Shown here: in pieces, positions 19,786-30,016 of the stretch
Numbering within the stretch: position 1 is the stretch's first letter
How the letters are laid out: each line of letters starts with the position of its first letter
Source: Thermoanaerobaculia bacterium
Lineage (GTDB): Bacteria; Acidobacteriota; Thermoanaerobaculia; Multivoradales; Multivoraceae
Direction of reading: 5' to 3'
DNA length: 64,000 nt
Assembly: GCA_963666565.1 (NCBI GenBank)
Contig: OY762911.1
Coordinates: forward strand, 2,720,001 to 2,784,000
The notes under the pieces: model-generated
Seen by the model: only the letters and a program-made list of their open reading frames with translations
The model's database searches: none
Told to the model about the DNA's origin: nothing
Translations under genes and position numbers: made by a program

Positions 19786-22380
19786 GTGACCGCGATCTGG
19801 GCGCTGGCCTCGGTCCTCTCGATTCAGGGTCTTCAGGCGCAGGACGCCGGGGCGGAGGAGCCCCGGTCGATCTCGGAAGCCACCGGAGGCTTCGAGCATC
19901 TGCCCGGCTTTCTCGACCTGTTCTGGGACAGCCGGGGCGGCAGGCTGTTCCTCGAGATCGACTCCTTCGACGACGACCTGCTGTACATCGAGTCGCTGTC
20001 GGCGGGCCTCGGGTCGAACGACATCGGCCTCGACCGCGGCCAGCTCGGCGGCACCCACCTGGCGCGGTTCGAGCGGGTCGGGCCGAAGGTCCTGCTGGTG
20101 CAGCAGAACACCCGTTATCGCGCGCTGAGCGACAACCCGGACGAGCGGCGCGCGGTCGCCGACGCCTTCGCGCGCTCGGTCCTCTGGGGCTTCCAGGTGG
20201 CGGCCGAGGACGAAGGCGGCGCGGTGCTGGTGGACGCGACGGACTTCGTGCTCCGGGACGCGCACGGCGTCGTGGCGCGGCTCCGGCAACGGGGGCAGGG
20301 GAGCTACCAGTTGGACGCCTCGCGCTCGGCGATTCACCGTCCCGGCGTCGCCGCCTTTCCGCGCAACTCGGAACTCGAGGGCACGCAGACCTTCACCCTG
20401 CGGCCTTCGGAGCGGGGGCCGGGCGCCTGGGTTCGCCAGGTCGCGCCTTCGCCCGAGGCGCTCACGTTGCGCGTCCGCCACTCCTTCGTCGCCCTGCCCG
20501 AACCCGGGTACGAACCCCGGCTCGCCGATCCCCGTGCCGGCTTCAACGTGACCGGTTATCTCGACTACGCGACTCCCATCGACCAGCCGATCGAGACCGT
20601 TTTCATCGACCGGCACCGCCTCGAGAAGCGTGACCCGAACGCGGAGCGAAGCGAACCGGTCGAACCGATCGTCTACTACCTGGACCGGGGCGCGCCGGAG
20701 CCCATCCGTTCGGCGCTGCTCGACGGCGCCCGCTGGTGGAACGAGGCGTTCGAGGCCGCGGGCTACATCGACGCGTTCCGGGTCGAGCTGCTGCCGGAGG
20801 GGGCCGACCTGCTCGACGTGCGCTACAACGTGATCCAGTGGGTGCATCGGTCGACCCGCGGATGGTCCTACGGCGGCGGGGTCACCGACCCGCGCACCGG
20901 CGAGATCCTGAAGGGCCACGTGACGCTCGGTTCCCTGCGGGTGCGGCAGGACTTCCTGATCGCCCAGGGCCTCCTGTCGCCCTACGAGGACGCGGACTCG
21001 TCCACCGAGGCGCTCACCGAGATGGCGCTTGCCCGGCTGCGCCAGCTTTCGGCCCATGAAGTCGGCCACACGATCGGCCTGATGCACAACTTCGCCTCCA
21101 GCGTCGATGGACCGGACGGCCGCGAGTCGGTCATGGACTATCCGCATCCGCTGGCCAGGTTGCGCGAGGACGGCATGATCGACCTGAGCGCGGCCTACGA
21201 CGTGGGCATAGGCGAATGGGACAAGCGGGCGGTCCTCTACGGCTACGCCGACTTCCCCGACGGCGCCGACGAGGCGGCGGAACTCGACGCCATTCTGCGC
21301 GGGACGATCGACGCCGGGCTCCACTTCATCGCCGACGAGGATGCGCGGCCGGTGGGCGGTGCCCATCCGCTGGCCCACCTCTGGGACAACGGCCGTTCGG
21401 CGGCGGAAGAACTGCGGCGCATCCTGTCCGTGCGGCGCGCGGCGCTCGACCGGTTCTCCGAGCGCAGCGTCCGGGTCGGCGATCCGCTGTCCGCGCTGGA
21501 GGACGTCCTGACCCCGCTCTACCTGCTGCATCGCTACCAGATCGAGGCGGCGGCCAAGGCGGTCGGCGGGATCGACTACAGCTACGCCGTCCGCGGCGAC
21601 GGCCAGGCGCCGGTGTCGCTGCTGCCGCCGGCGATGCAGTTCGACGCGCTGGACGCGCTGCTCCGGACGGTCGATCCGGCCGAACTCACGCTGCCCCCGG
21701 AGATCGTCGACCTGATCCCGCCGCCGTCTCCGGGTCGCGGCCGCGGGCGGGAGCAGCTTCCGTCGCGCGCCGGCCCGGCGTTCGACCCGGTGGCCGCGGC
21801 CGAGATGGCGGCCGACCTGACCTTCGGCATGATCTTCGACGGCGCGCGCGCCGCCCGGCTGGTCGATCACCGTTCCCGGGCGGGGGCGCAGCCGGGTCTC
21901 CGCGCCGTGATCGACCGGGTGCTGGCCGCTACCTGGCGCGCCGATCCGCATTCGGGCCTTGCCGGAGAAGTCGGTCGGGCCGTCGACTTCGCGGCCCTGC
22001 GGCGGCTGATGCTTCTGGCGGCCGGCGGGCGGGTCGGCGGCGGCGCGTCGGCCGCCGTTCCGACGAACTTCGACTGGCCGACCGTGCCCGAGCGGAACGG
22101 TTCGTTCCAGGCGCGGGCCGAGGCCCGGGCCGATCTGGCGGCCCTGGAGGGTTGGCTGGAAGCGAATCCGGCCGCCGACGACCCGGCGGAGGAGGCGCAC
22201 CGCGGCTATGCCCGCTGGCTGATCGGGCGTTTTCTCGAGGATCCGGGCTCGGTGGAACTGCCGGCCCCGCTGCGCGCGCCCGACGGTTCGCCGATCGGCT
22301 GCAGCGTCGGCCCGGGCGGTCTGGCGTTCGCTTCGTGGAGCGCCGGGCCCGGGTGGTCTTCGGGGTCGGCGCCGCCGTGA
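19786..22380 (+). CDS. Secreted zinc metalloprotease (metzincin, DUF5117/DUF4953 type)
   Basis: HEVGHTIGLMHN zinc motif, SVMDY Met-turn, DPRTGEILKG. The start is uncertain (in-frame GTG at 19672 or 19786). Confidence 0.88.
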   Translation: MTAIWALASVLSIQGLQAQDAGAEEPRSISEATGGFEHLPGFLDLFWDSRGGRLFLEIDSFDDDLLYIESLSAGLGSNDIGLDRGQLGGTHLARFERVGPKVLLVQQNTRYRALSDNPDERRAVADAFARSVLWGFQVAAEDEGGAVLVDATDFVLRDAHGVVARLRQRGQGSYQLDASRSAIHRPGVAAFPRNSELEGTQTFTLRPSERGPGAWVRQVAPSPEALTLRVRHSFVALPEPGYEPRLADPRAGFNVTGYLDYATPIDQPIETVFIDRHRLEKRDPNAERSEPVEPIVYYLDRGAPEPIRSALLDGARWWNEAFEAAGYIDAFRVELLPEGADLLDVRYNVIQWVHRSTRGWSYGGGVTDPRTGEILKGHVTLGSLRVRQDFLIAQGLLSPYEDADSSTEALTEMALARLRQLSAHEVGHTIGLMHNFASSVDGPDGRESVMDYPHPLARLREDGMIDLSAAYDVGIGEWDKRAVLYGYADFPDGADEAAELDAILRGTIDAGLHFIADEDARPVGGAHPLAHLWDNGRSAAEELRRILSVRRAALDRFSERSVRVGDPLSALEDVLTPLYLLHRYQIEAAAKAVGGIDYSYAVRGDGQAPVSLLPPAMQFDALDALLRTVDPAELTLPPEIVDLIPPPSPGRGRGREQLPSRAGPAFDPVAAAEMAADLTFGMIFDGARAARLVDHRSRAGAQPGLRAVIDRVLAATWRADPHSGLAGEVGRAVDFAALRRLMLLAAGGRVGGGASAAVPTNFDWPTVPERNGSFQARAEARADLAALEGWLEANPAADDPAEEAHRGYARWLIGRFLEDPGSVELPAPLRAPDGSPIGCSVGPGGLAFASWSAGPGWSSGSAPP

Positions 22381-23603
22381 CCGGCGCCGAAGCCGCATCG
22401 CTCCGGCTTCCGGCCGCGGTTGCCGGCATCTACAGCGCCGGCGAGGTCGCCGAACTCGTCGACTTGCGGCGGACGCTTCATGCCGACCCCGAACTCTCGC
22501 TCCAGGAAGAACGCACGGCGGCCCGGCTCGAGCGGACACTCGACGAACTCGGCATCGACGACGTCGTCCGGGTGGCCGGCACCGGCGTCGTCGGACGCAT
22601 CCCCGGCCGCGATCGCGGCGCGCCGCCCGTCGCGGTGCGCGGCGACATCGACGCGCTGCCGATCCAGGAAGACACCGGCCTGCCGTTCGCCTCGCGCAAC
22701 GCAGGCGTCATGCACGCCTGCGGCCACGACGTACACGCCTCGTGGACGGTCGCTGCCGCCCGCCTGCTCCAGGCCGAGCCGGCGGCGGGCGACGTTCTGC
22801 TCGTGCTGCAGCCGGCGGAGGAGACCGGCGAGGGCGCCGCGGCGGTCCTCGCGACCGGCGTCCTGGACGAGGCGGCGGCGATTTTCGGCGCCCATGTCGA
22901 CCTGACGTTCGAGGTCGGGCAGGCGATGATCCAGCCCGGCGCCGTGGGCGCCGCCGCCGACCGCTTCGAGATCGAGCTCCGCGGCAAGGGCGCGCACGGT
23001 GCGAGGCCGCACCAGGGACTCGATCCGATCATCGGCGCCGCCCAGGTCGTTTCCGCTCTGCAGACGGTGGTCTCCCGGCGGGTGCCGCCCGACCAACCGG
23101 CGGTGGTCACCGTCGGCGCCGTCGAGGCGGGCACAGCGCACAACGTGATTCCCGACCGTGCCGTGCTCAAGGGCACCATGCGATCGCTGGCCCCGGCGGT
23201 CCGGAAGCTCCTGGCGGACGAAGTGCGGCACGTCGCCGAATCGGTCGCCGCGGCCTGCCGGCTCGAGGCCCAGGTGCGGATGCTCCAGGGCACGCCGGCC
23301 GTGCTGAACGACGAACGCGCCGCCGGCTGGGCTCGCGACGCCGCGGCTTCGGTGATCGGCGCCGAGGCGGTCAAGCCGCTGCCGGCCGCGAACATGGGCG
23401 GCGAGGACTTCGCCTTCTACCTGGAGCGGATCCCCGGATGCTTCATCCGGGTCGGCGCCCGGCGCCCTGGCGACCCCGTCGTCGGCGCCCACACGCCGTA
23501 CTTCGCGCCGGCGGAGGAGGCGATCTTCGTCGGCGGGGCGTTGCTCGCCGCGGCGGCGCGGCAGGCGTCGCGGGAGCTGGCGGAGCAGGCGGCCGTCTCC
23601 TGA
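22377..23603 (+). CDS. M20D family amidohydrolase
   Basis: RRTLHADPELS, RGDIDALPI, MHACGHD, QPAEE, GKGAHGARPH, GGEDF; GTGA overlap with the upstream stop. Confidence 0.9.
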   Translation: MTGAEAASLRLPAAVAGIYSAGEVAELVDLRRTLHADPELSLQEERTAARLERTLDELGIDDVVRVAGTGVVGRIPGRDRGAPPVAVRGDIDALPIQEDTGLPFASRNAGVMHACGHDVHASWTVAAARLLQAEPAAGDVLLVLQPAEETGEGAAAVLATGVLDEAAAIFGAHVDLTFEVGQAMIQPGAVGAAADRFEIELRGKGAHGARPHQGLDPIIGAAQVVSALQTVVSRRVPPDQPAVVTVGAVEAGTAHNVIPDRAVLKGTMRSLAPAVRKLLADEVRHVAESVAAACRLEAQVRMLQGTPAVLNDERAAGWARDAAASVIGAEAVKPLPAANMGGEDFAFYLERIPGCFIRVGARRPGDPVVGAHTPYFAPAEEAIFVGGALLAAAARQASRELAEQAAVS

Positions 23604-23775
23604 TCGCCGGTCCTCGCCCGTTCCATGCCGGAACCGAGGCCGCGGAAGGGGCGGAGCGACCGGTTCGGTCCACTGGGGAGGTAGTCAGTCGACGTCACGC
23701 GAGGAGGAGCGCGCCGCTCCGCCCCCGACCCGGTTTACGCACCGGCACCGGACAGGGTTTCGGCACCGGAGCCGA

Positions 23776-23960
23776 CCAGCCCAGTCGGGTAAGGAGGGGT
23801 CGGCGCCCAGGTGCCTCTGAACGAGCGACGGCCGACGCCTTCCCGGAAGCCGACCCCGAACCGGAGCGAGTGAAGCGTAGCAAGCGCAACCCTGCCCATC
23901 TCCTCTGGAGCGCGCGCGTCACCTGGGTGCCGACCCCTCCTGACCCAAGACGGGCGGGTG
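23776..23960 (+). ncRNA. Candidate structured repeat element / ncRNA, copy A
   Basis: 27-bp stem 23787-23813 / 23920-23946 enclosing a core similar to copies B and C. Confidence 0.55.
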
Positions 23961-23999
23961 CGTCCGACGCCGCTTCGCCGCGTCTTGCGGTGCCGCCTC

Positions 24000-24863
24000 C
24001 TAACCGCCCGTCGCGTGGCGGTCCGGGTGGCGCATCGCGGTGATGTTGAACCCGGCGTCGACGAAGTGGATGCCGCCGGTGGTTCCGGCGCTCAGATCGG
24101 ACAGCAGGTAGGCGGCGGTCGCGCCGACGTCGTCCACCGTGATGTTGCGGCCGAGCGGGGCCCGCTCCGGCATGACCTTCAGCATGCCGCGCATTCCCGA
24201 GACGCCGGATGCGGCGAGCGTCCTCACCGGGCCGGCGGAGATGCCGTGAACGCGGATGTTCTTCGGACCCAGGTCGACCGCGAGGTAGCGGATCGAGGCC
24301 TCGAGCGCCGCCTTGGCGATGCCCATCACGTTGTAGTTGGGGGTCGCCTTGGTGGCGCCGTAGTAGGTCATCGCGATGATGCTTCCGCCCTCCGTCATCA
24401 GCGGCTCGGCGGCGCGGGCGAGCCCGATCAGCGAGTAGCAACTGATGTCGAGCGCGGTGGCGAAGCCGGCGCGCGACGTGTCGACCGTGCGGCCGAGCAG
24501 GTCCTCCCGGTTGGCGAAGGCCACGGAGTGGACGAGGAAGTCGAGGCGGCCCCAGCGCTCGGCGAGGGTGTCGAACACGGCGTCGATCCGAGCGTCGTCC
24601 GTGACGTCGAGCGGCTCGACGATGGCGGAGCCGATGCTCGCGGCCAGCGGCCGCACGCGACGTTCGAGGGCGTCGCCCTGATACGTGAACGCGAGTTCGG
24701 CGCCTTCCTCGTGGGCGCGCCGGGCGATGCCCCAGGCCAGGGAGCGCTTGTTCGCGACGCCGACGATCAGACCGCGGCGCCCGGCCAGCAGTCCCCGGGA
24801 GGCGGCGCCGGCCGGGGACGGTTCCGACGCGGACTTCCGGGGCGATGAATCGGGCGCGGTCAC
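24000..24863 (-). CDS. fabI: Enoyl-ACP reductase FabI
   Basis: [48 protein letters not shown]. Confidence 0.95.
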   Translation of the reverse strand: MTAPDSSPRKSASEPSPAGAASRGLLAGRRGLIVGVANKRSLAWGIARRAHEEGAELAFTYQGDALERRVRPLAASIGSAIVEPLDVTDDARIDAVFDTLAERWGRLDFLVHSVAFANREDLLGRTVDTSRAGFATALDISCYSLIGLARAAEPLMTEGGSIIAMTYYGATKATPNYNVMGIAKAALEASIRYLAVDLGPKNIRVHGISAGPVRTLAASGVSGMRGMLKVMPERAPLGRNITVDDVGATAAYLLSDLSAGTTGGIHFVDAGFNITAMRHPDRHATGG

Positions 24864-24962
24864 GAGCGCCGGGATTGTACATGCGGGATCGCTGACGGCC
24901 CGCGCACCGGCACACTTGCCTGCCGGTCGGAGGGCGGTCGGGCCTTAGACTGACCCCGGCTC

Positions 24963-25844
24963 ATGGTCTCGTTGCTCGGCATCGCCCTGGTGGTCGGCGC
25001 GACGCTCTGTTTCGCGCTGCTCAACCTGTTGCGCAAGCTGCTCGCAGGGCGGCTGAACGCGGCTCTTCTGGTCGCGGTTCTGGCCCTGGGGGCCGTGCCG
25101 CTGTACGGCGTGTGGGCGCTGGTCCAGCCGCCCGGGGAAGTGAGCGCGGCGTATCTTTGGCCCGGTCTGGCGTCCGTCGCCTGCAACCTGGTCGCCAACT
25201 ACGGCTTTCTGCGTTCGGTGCGGGTCGCCGGACTCGGCGCCGTAATCCCCCTGCTGTCGTTGACGCCGGTGTTCACCGCGCTGCTGGCGATCCCGCTGCT
25301 CGGCGAGCTTCCCGAACCGCGCGAGTGGTTGGGGATCGCGGTGGTCGTGTGCGCGGCCCTCTCCCTGCAGATCGACCGGGGCGGCGGCGACCAGGCCCGG
25401 CCCTGGCAACTGGGAGCGGGCGCCTGGTGGATGATCCTGGTCGCCCTGCTGTGGGCCACGGCGCTGCCACTCGACAAGCTGGCCACGGAGGCGTCCAACG
25501 TGCCGTTCCACGGCCTGGTCCTTCACCTCGGCGTCGGCCTCTCCGGCGCGATCGTCGCGTCCCGGAGCCTTCGGGGCGCGCTCTGGCGGCGTCGCGCGGC
25601 CGGCGCCGGCCGCGGAACCTGGGTCCTGCTGCTTTCGGCGGTCGCGGTGGGCGCGGCGGCCCAGGCGTTCCAGTTGCTCTCGTTGCAACACGTATGGGTG
25701 GGTTTCGTGGAGACCGTGAAGCAGGGTCTCGGAGCGTCGCTGGCCCTGGTCCTGGGCCGCCTGTTCTTCGCCGAGCCGCTGACGCTGCGAAAGGCGGTGA
25801 CGGTGGCCCTGATCGGGGTCGGCGTCGCGGTGATGCTCTGGTAG
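24963..25844 (+). CDS. EamA/DMT family transporter
   Basis: About 10 hydrophobic helices; PLLSLTPVF...LLGE two-repeat pattern. Confidence 0.85.
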   Translation: MVSLLGIALVVGATLCFALLNLLRKLLAGRLNAALLVAVLALGAVPLYGVWALVQPPGEVSAAYLWPGLASVACNLVANYGFLRSVRVAGLGAVIPLLSLTPVFTALLAIPLLGELPEPREWLGIAVVVCAALSLQIDRGGGDQARPWQLGAGAWWMILVALLWATALPLDKLATEASNVPFHGLVLHLGVGLSGAIVASRSLRGALWRRRAAGAGRGTWVLLLSAVAVGAAAQAFQLLSLQHVWVGFVETVKQGLGASLALVLGRLFFAEPLTLRKAVTVALIGVGVAVMLW

Positions 25845-25855
25845 GTTGACCTGCA

Positions 25856-27448
25856 ATGGCGAGCCGTTTCCCGGCCGGTTCCGGGCGCCTCCTGGCGATC
25901 GTCCTGAGTCTCGTAGCGGTGGGGTCCGGCGCGGTTGGCGCCCAGGTGTTGCGCCTGGACCGGATCGAGCTGCCGGACGGGTTCTCGATCGGCGTCTTCG
26001 CCGACGACGTTCGGGGCGCCCGGTCGCTCGCCCAGAGCCCGGTGGGAACCGTGTTCGTCGGCAGCCGGCCGGAGGGCGTCGTCTACGCGCTGGTCGATTC
26101 GGACGACGACGGCGAGGCGGACGGGACATACCGTCTGGCGTCCGGGCTGAACTCGCCGAACGGCGTCGCCTTCCGCAACGGCGACCTCTACGTGGCCGAG
26201 ATCAGCCGGATACTCCGGTACGACGGCATCGAGAGCCGGCTGGACTCGCCTCCTCGGCCGGTCGTGGTCACCGATCGTCTCCCAAGGGACGAGCATCACG
26301 GCTGGAAGTTCATCCGCTTCGGGCCGGACGGCCGGCTCTACGTGCCGGTCGGCGCTCCCTGCAACGTCTGCGACGAGCCCGACCCCTACAACTCGATCCT
26401 GCGCCTCGCCGCGAACGGCAGCTACGAGATCGTGGCGCGGGGAGTGCGGAACACAGTCGGCTTCGACTGGCATCCGGCGACCCGCCGGCTGTGGTTCACG
26501 GACAACGGCCGCGACTGGCTGGGCGACGACAGTCCGCCGGACGAGTTGAACGTGCTGACGTCCAACGGGCAGCACTTCGGTTACCCGTACTGCCACGGCC
26601 GCGACATCGCCGACCCGGAGTACGGCAACCGGCGTTCCTGTTCGGAGTTCCGGCCGCCGGCCCAGGCGCTCGGGCCGCACGTCGCGGCGCTCGGGATGCG
26701 GTTCTACACGGGGACCGCGTTCCCGGAGCGCTACCGGGGCCAGATCTTCATCGCCGAGCACGGGTCGTGGAACCGGACAGACCCGATCGGCTACCGGGTC
26801 ATGGTGGTCCGGCTGGACGGTAGCGGCCGGGCGGCCGGCTACGAGGAGTTCGCGACCGGCTGGCTCCAGGGGCGAAGCGCGTGGGGCCGGCCGGTGGACG
26901 TGATGGTGCGCGAGGACGGTTCGCTGCTCGTGTCGGACGACCGGCAGGGGGCGATCTACCGCATCGTGCACGAGTCGGCGGCACAACCCGACCCCGACCC
27001 GGATCCCGATCCGCCGGAGCCCGACCCCGATCCTCCGCCCGAACCGGATCCCGATCCGCCGACGGAAGGCCCGTGCGAGCCGGGACCCGACACCCTTTGC
27101 CTGTTGGACGGCCGCTTCGAACTGAAGGTCCGCTGGTGGACGGCGGGCGGCGAGCCGAACCCGGGCTACGTGGCGGAGTACGGCACGGCGGATTCCGGCA
27201 TGTTCTGGTTCCTGGACGCGTCCAACTGGGAGATCCTGGTCAAGGTCCTGGACGGCTGCGCCCTGAACGGCCACGTCTGGGTCTACGGCGCCTCGACGAC
27301 GGACCTGGGCTACTCGATCCATGTGAGGGACACGGCGACCGGCGAGGTGAGCGGCCCGTACCGCAACGAGCCCGGCCGACCCGCCCCGGCGATCACCGAC
27401 AACCGCGCGTTCAGCCAGGCCTGCACGGCGTCCGCGTCGGTCCCGTAA
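25856..27448 (+). CDS. Glucose/sorbosone dehydrogenase family beta-propeller with PD linker and C-terminal Cys-containing module
   Basis: HHGWKFIRFGPDG, GAPCNVC, GVRNTVGFDW, TDNGRD, AEHGSWNR; (PD)n linker; LCLLDGRF...FWF...LVKVLDGC tail. Confidence 0.85.
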   Translation: MASRFPAGSGRLLAIVLSLVAVGSGAVGAQVLRLDRIELPDGFSIGVFADDVRGARSLAQSPVGTVFVGSRPEGVVYALVDSDDDGEADGTYRLASGLNSPNGVAFRNGDLYVAEISRILRYDGIESRLDSPPRPVVVTDRLPRDEHHGWKFIRFGPDGRLYVPVGAPCNVCDEPDPYNSILRLAANGSYEIVARGVRNTVGFDWHPATRRLWFTDNGRDWLGDDSPPDELNVLTSNGQHFGYPYCHGRDIADPEYGNRRSCSEFRPPAQALGPHVAALGMRFYTGTAFPERYRGQIFIAEHGSWNRTDPIGYRVMVVRLDGSGRAAGYEEFATGWLQGRSAWGRPVDVMVREDGSLLVSDDRQGAIYRIVHESAAQPDPDPDPDPPEPDPDPPPEPDPDPPTEGPCEPGPDTLCLLDGRFELKVRWWTAGGEPNPGYVAEYGTADSGMFWFLDASNWEILVKVLDGCALNGHVWVYGASTTDLGYSIHVRDTATGEVSGPYRNEPGRPAPAITDNRAFSQACTASASVP

Positions 27449-27481
27449 GCTCCAGCCACCCAACCCAGAGGAGAATCCGCC

Positions 27482-28651
27482 ATGCCGCGGTCCGCTTTCG
27501 CTCAACGTCTTCGCTTCGCCGCGCCCTGCGCGGCCGGTCTTCTCATCGCGCTCTCGGGGGGCGGCGTCGCTCTCGCCGCCGACGACGAGGTCCGCCTGGA
27601 CCTGATCGAGCTTCCCGCCGGTTTCTCGATCGACGTCTTCGCCGCGGAGATCGACAACGCACGCTCGCTGGCCCAGAGCCCGTCCGGGACCGTCTTCGTC
27701 GGCACCGGACGCAGGGGCGGCGGCGTCGTTCATGCCGTCGTCGATTCGGACGGGGACGGAAGGGCCGACGACCGCTACCGCATCGGCGGCGACCTGAACT
27801 GGCCGAACGGCGTCGCCTTCCACGAAGGCGACCTGTACGTTGCGGAGATCAGCCGCGTACTTCGGTTCGCGGAGATCGAGAGCCGGCTCGACTCACCGCC
27901 CGCGCCGGTCGTGGTCACTGCCGACCTGCCGGAGGAGACTCATCACGGCTGGAAGTTCATCCGTTTCGGTCCCGACGGGCGGCTCTATGTGCCGGTGGGC
28001 GCCCCGTGCAACATCTGCGACGAAGGGGATCCCTTCGCGACGATCCTCCGGCTGGACGAGGCGGGCGGCTACGAGGTCGTCGCCCGCGGCGTGCGCAACA
28101 CGGTCGGCTTCGACTGGCGTCCGAGCACGAGCGAACTGTGGTTCACGGACAACGGCCGGGACATGATGGGCGACGACGTTCCGCCCGACGAACTGAACGT
28201 GCTGACGGAGGACGGCCAGCACTTCGGCTACCCCTACTGCCACGGTCAGGACATTCCCGACCCGGAGTTCGGCGACCGGCGTTCCTGCGGCGAACTCGTG
28301 CCGCCGGCCATCGACCTCGGCCCGCACGTGGCGGCCGTGGGCATGCGCTTCTACCGGGGCGATGCCTTCCCTGAGCGCTACCGCGGGCAGATCTTCATCG
28401 CCGAACACGGTTCCTGGAACCGCAGCAACAAGATCGGCTACCGGGTCATGGTGGTTCACGTCGACCGGGACGGCCAGGCGACGGACTACGAGGAGTTCGC
28501 CACCGGTTGGCTCCAGGGCGAAGACTCGTGGGGCCGCCCGGTCGACGTGATGGAACGCGCCGACGGGTCGCTTCTCGTGTCGGACGACCAGCGCGGCGCG
28601 ATCTACCGCATCGTCCATGACGGGTCCGCGGCCGCGGCCGCCGGAGAGTAG
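27482..28651 (+). CDS. Glucose/sorbosone dehydrogenase family protein (tandem paralog)
   Basis: Same motifs as the upstream gene, with a signal peptide and no C-terminal module. Confidence 0.88.
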   Translation: MPRSAFAQRLRFAAPCAAGLLIALSGGGVALAADDEVRLDLIELPAGFSIDVFAAEIDNARSLAQSPSGTVFVGTGRRGGGVVHAVVDSDGDGRADDRYRIGGDLNWPNGVAFHEGDLYVAEISRVLRFAEIESRLDSPPAPVVVTADLPEETHHGWKFIRFGPDGRLYVPVGAPCNICDEGDPFATILRLDEAGGYEVVARGVRNTVGFDWRPSTSELWFTDNGRDMMGDDVPPDELNVLTEDGQHFGYPYCHGQDIPDPEFGDRRSCGELVPPAIDLGPHVAAVGMRFYRGDAFPERYRGQIFIAEHGSWNRSNKIGYRVMVVHVDRDGQATDYEEFATGWLQGEDSWGRPVDVMERADGSLLVSDDQRGAIYRIVHDGSAAAAAGE

Positions 28652-28655
28652 GCGC

Positions 28656-29915
28656 GTGCCGCCGATCGATCCGACCGTCGTCGAGGCGGCGCGAACTCGC
28701 TACGACGCGGCCCGCGCGGCCGGACTCGACCTCGACATGACCCGCGGCAAGCCGTCGCCGGAGCAGCTCGCCCGCTCTCACGGCCTGCTGCGGGCGGTCG
28801 AACGGGAGGACAGCCCCGCCGGCGACGGCACGGACTGCCGCAACTACGGCGGCGACCCGCGCGGCCTGCCGGAGATGCGGACGATCTTCGGCGAGATCCT
28901 GGAGATCGATCCGGACCTCGTGTTCGTCGGCGGCAACGCGAGCCTGCAGTGGATGCACGACCTGGTCGTGCAGGCGATGCTGGTGGGCGTGCCGGGCGGC
29001 GATCCCTGGGGCGGACCGAGGCGCTCGACGCCGGTGAAGTTCCTCTGCCCCTGTCCCGGCTACGACCGGCACTTTGCCCTGCTCGAGCGCTTCGGCATCG
29101 AGATGCTGCCGATCGCGATGGGCGGCGACGGCCCCGACGTGGACGAGGTCGCGCGGCTGGCCGGCGAGGATCCGAACGTCAAGGGGATGTTCTGCGTGCC
29201 GCGCTACAGCAACCCCACCGGCGTCACGTACTCGGACGACGTCGTCGAGGCGATCGCCGCCATGACGACCGCGGCGCCGGACTTCCGCGTGATTTGGGAC
29301 GACGCCTACGCGCTGCACGCGTTCGAGGGCGAACCGGACCGGCTCGCCAACCTCTACGACCGCTGCGCCGCGCACGGCAACGAGGACCGGCCCTTCCTCG
29401 TCACCTCGTTCTCGAAGGTCACCTTCGGCGGCGCCGGACTGGCCGCCGCGGCGGCGAGCCCCGCGAACGGCGACTGGATCCGGAGCTTCCGGTCGATCCA
29501 GACGATCGGGCCGAACAAGCTGAACCAGCTCGCCCACGCCCGCTTCTTCGACGGTTCCCTCTCCGCGGTGCGGGATCACATGAAGGGGCACGCGGACCTG
29601 ATCCGGCCGAAGTTCGAGACCGTGCTGCGCGTGCTCGACGAGACGCTGGGAGACCTCGGCGTGGCGACCTGGAGTCGGCCCCGGGGCGGCTACTTCGTCA
29701 GCCTGGACACGGAACCGGGCCGCGCGCGCGAAGTGGTCGAGATGGCGGGGGCCGCGGGAGTCAAGCTGACGCCCGCGGGCGCCACCTTCCCGTACGGCGT
29801 CGATCCGCAGGACCGGAACATCCGCATCGCGCCGACGCTGCCGGGCCTCTCCGAGATCGAGACCGCGACCCGGCTGCTCGCCGACTGCATCGTCCTCGCC
29901 AGCGCCAGCGGGTAA
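28656..29915 (+). CDS. PLP-dependent aminotransferase class I (actinobacterial-type aspartate aminotransferase family)
   Basis: LDMTRGKPS, DCRNYGG, PGYDRHF, VPRYSNPTG, WDDAY, SFSKVT, GATFPYGVDP...NIRIAP. Confidence 0.88.
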   Translation: MPPIDPTVVEAARTRYDAARAAGLDLDMTRGKPSPEQLARSHGLLRAVEREDSPAGDGTDCRNYGGDPRGLPEMRTIFGEILEIDPDLVFVGGNASLQWMHDLVVQAMLVGVPGGDPWGGPRRSTPVKFLCPCPGYDRHFALLERFGIEMLPIAMGGDGPDVDEVARLAGEDPNVKGMFCVPRYSNPTGVTYSDDVVEAIAAMTTAAPDFRVIWDDAYALHAFEGEPDRLANLYDRCAAHGNEDRPFLVTSFSKVTFGGAGLAAAAASPANGDWIRSFRSIQTIGPNKLNQLAHARFFDGSLSAVRDHMKGHADLIRPKFETVLRVLDETLGDLGVATWSRPRGGYFVSLDTEPGRAREVVEMAGAAGVKLTPAGATFPYGVDPQDRNIRIAPTLPGLSEIETATRLLADCIVLASASG

Positions 29916-29930
29916 CCCGCTGCCGCCGGG

Positions 29931-29972
29931 CTGGGTGCGCGGGTCTTCCGACCCGCTGCCGCCGAAGGCGGC
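29931..29972 (+). repeat. REP-like double-hairpin repeat, copy 3
   Basis: ctgggtgcgcgggtcttccgacccgctgccgccgaaggcggc, between convergent genes. Confidence 0.85.
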
Positions 29973-30016
29973 CGGGAGAACGCCAGCCGTCGGCTCGGCG
30001 CCGTTTCGCGACGCTC

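Noticed and set aside
19468-22539. Very long antisense or alternate-frame ORFs (e.g. 19468-22539, 52490-55903, 42687-45446, 52825-56175)
   Set aside because: These are shadows of real genes in a high-GC genome; they are Arg/Pro/Gly-rich and carry no recognisable motifs.
23776-23960. Group II intron or tRNA identity for the structured elements
   Set aside because: No domain V or GUGYG 5' end and no cloverleaf or T-loop consensus were seen.
26985-27062. Low-complexity ccgacc/ccggat repeats
   Set aside because: They encode a Pro-Asp linker and are not an independent element.
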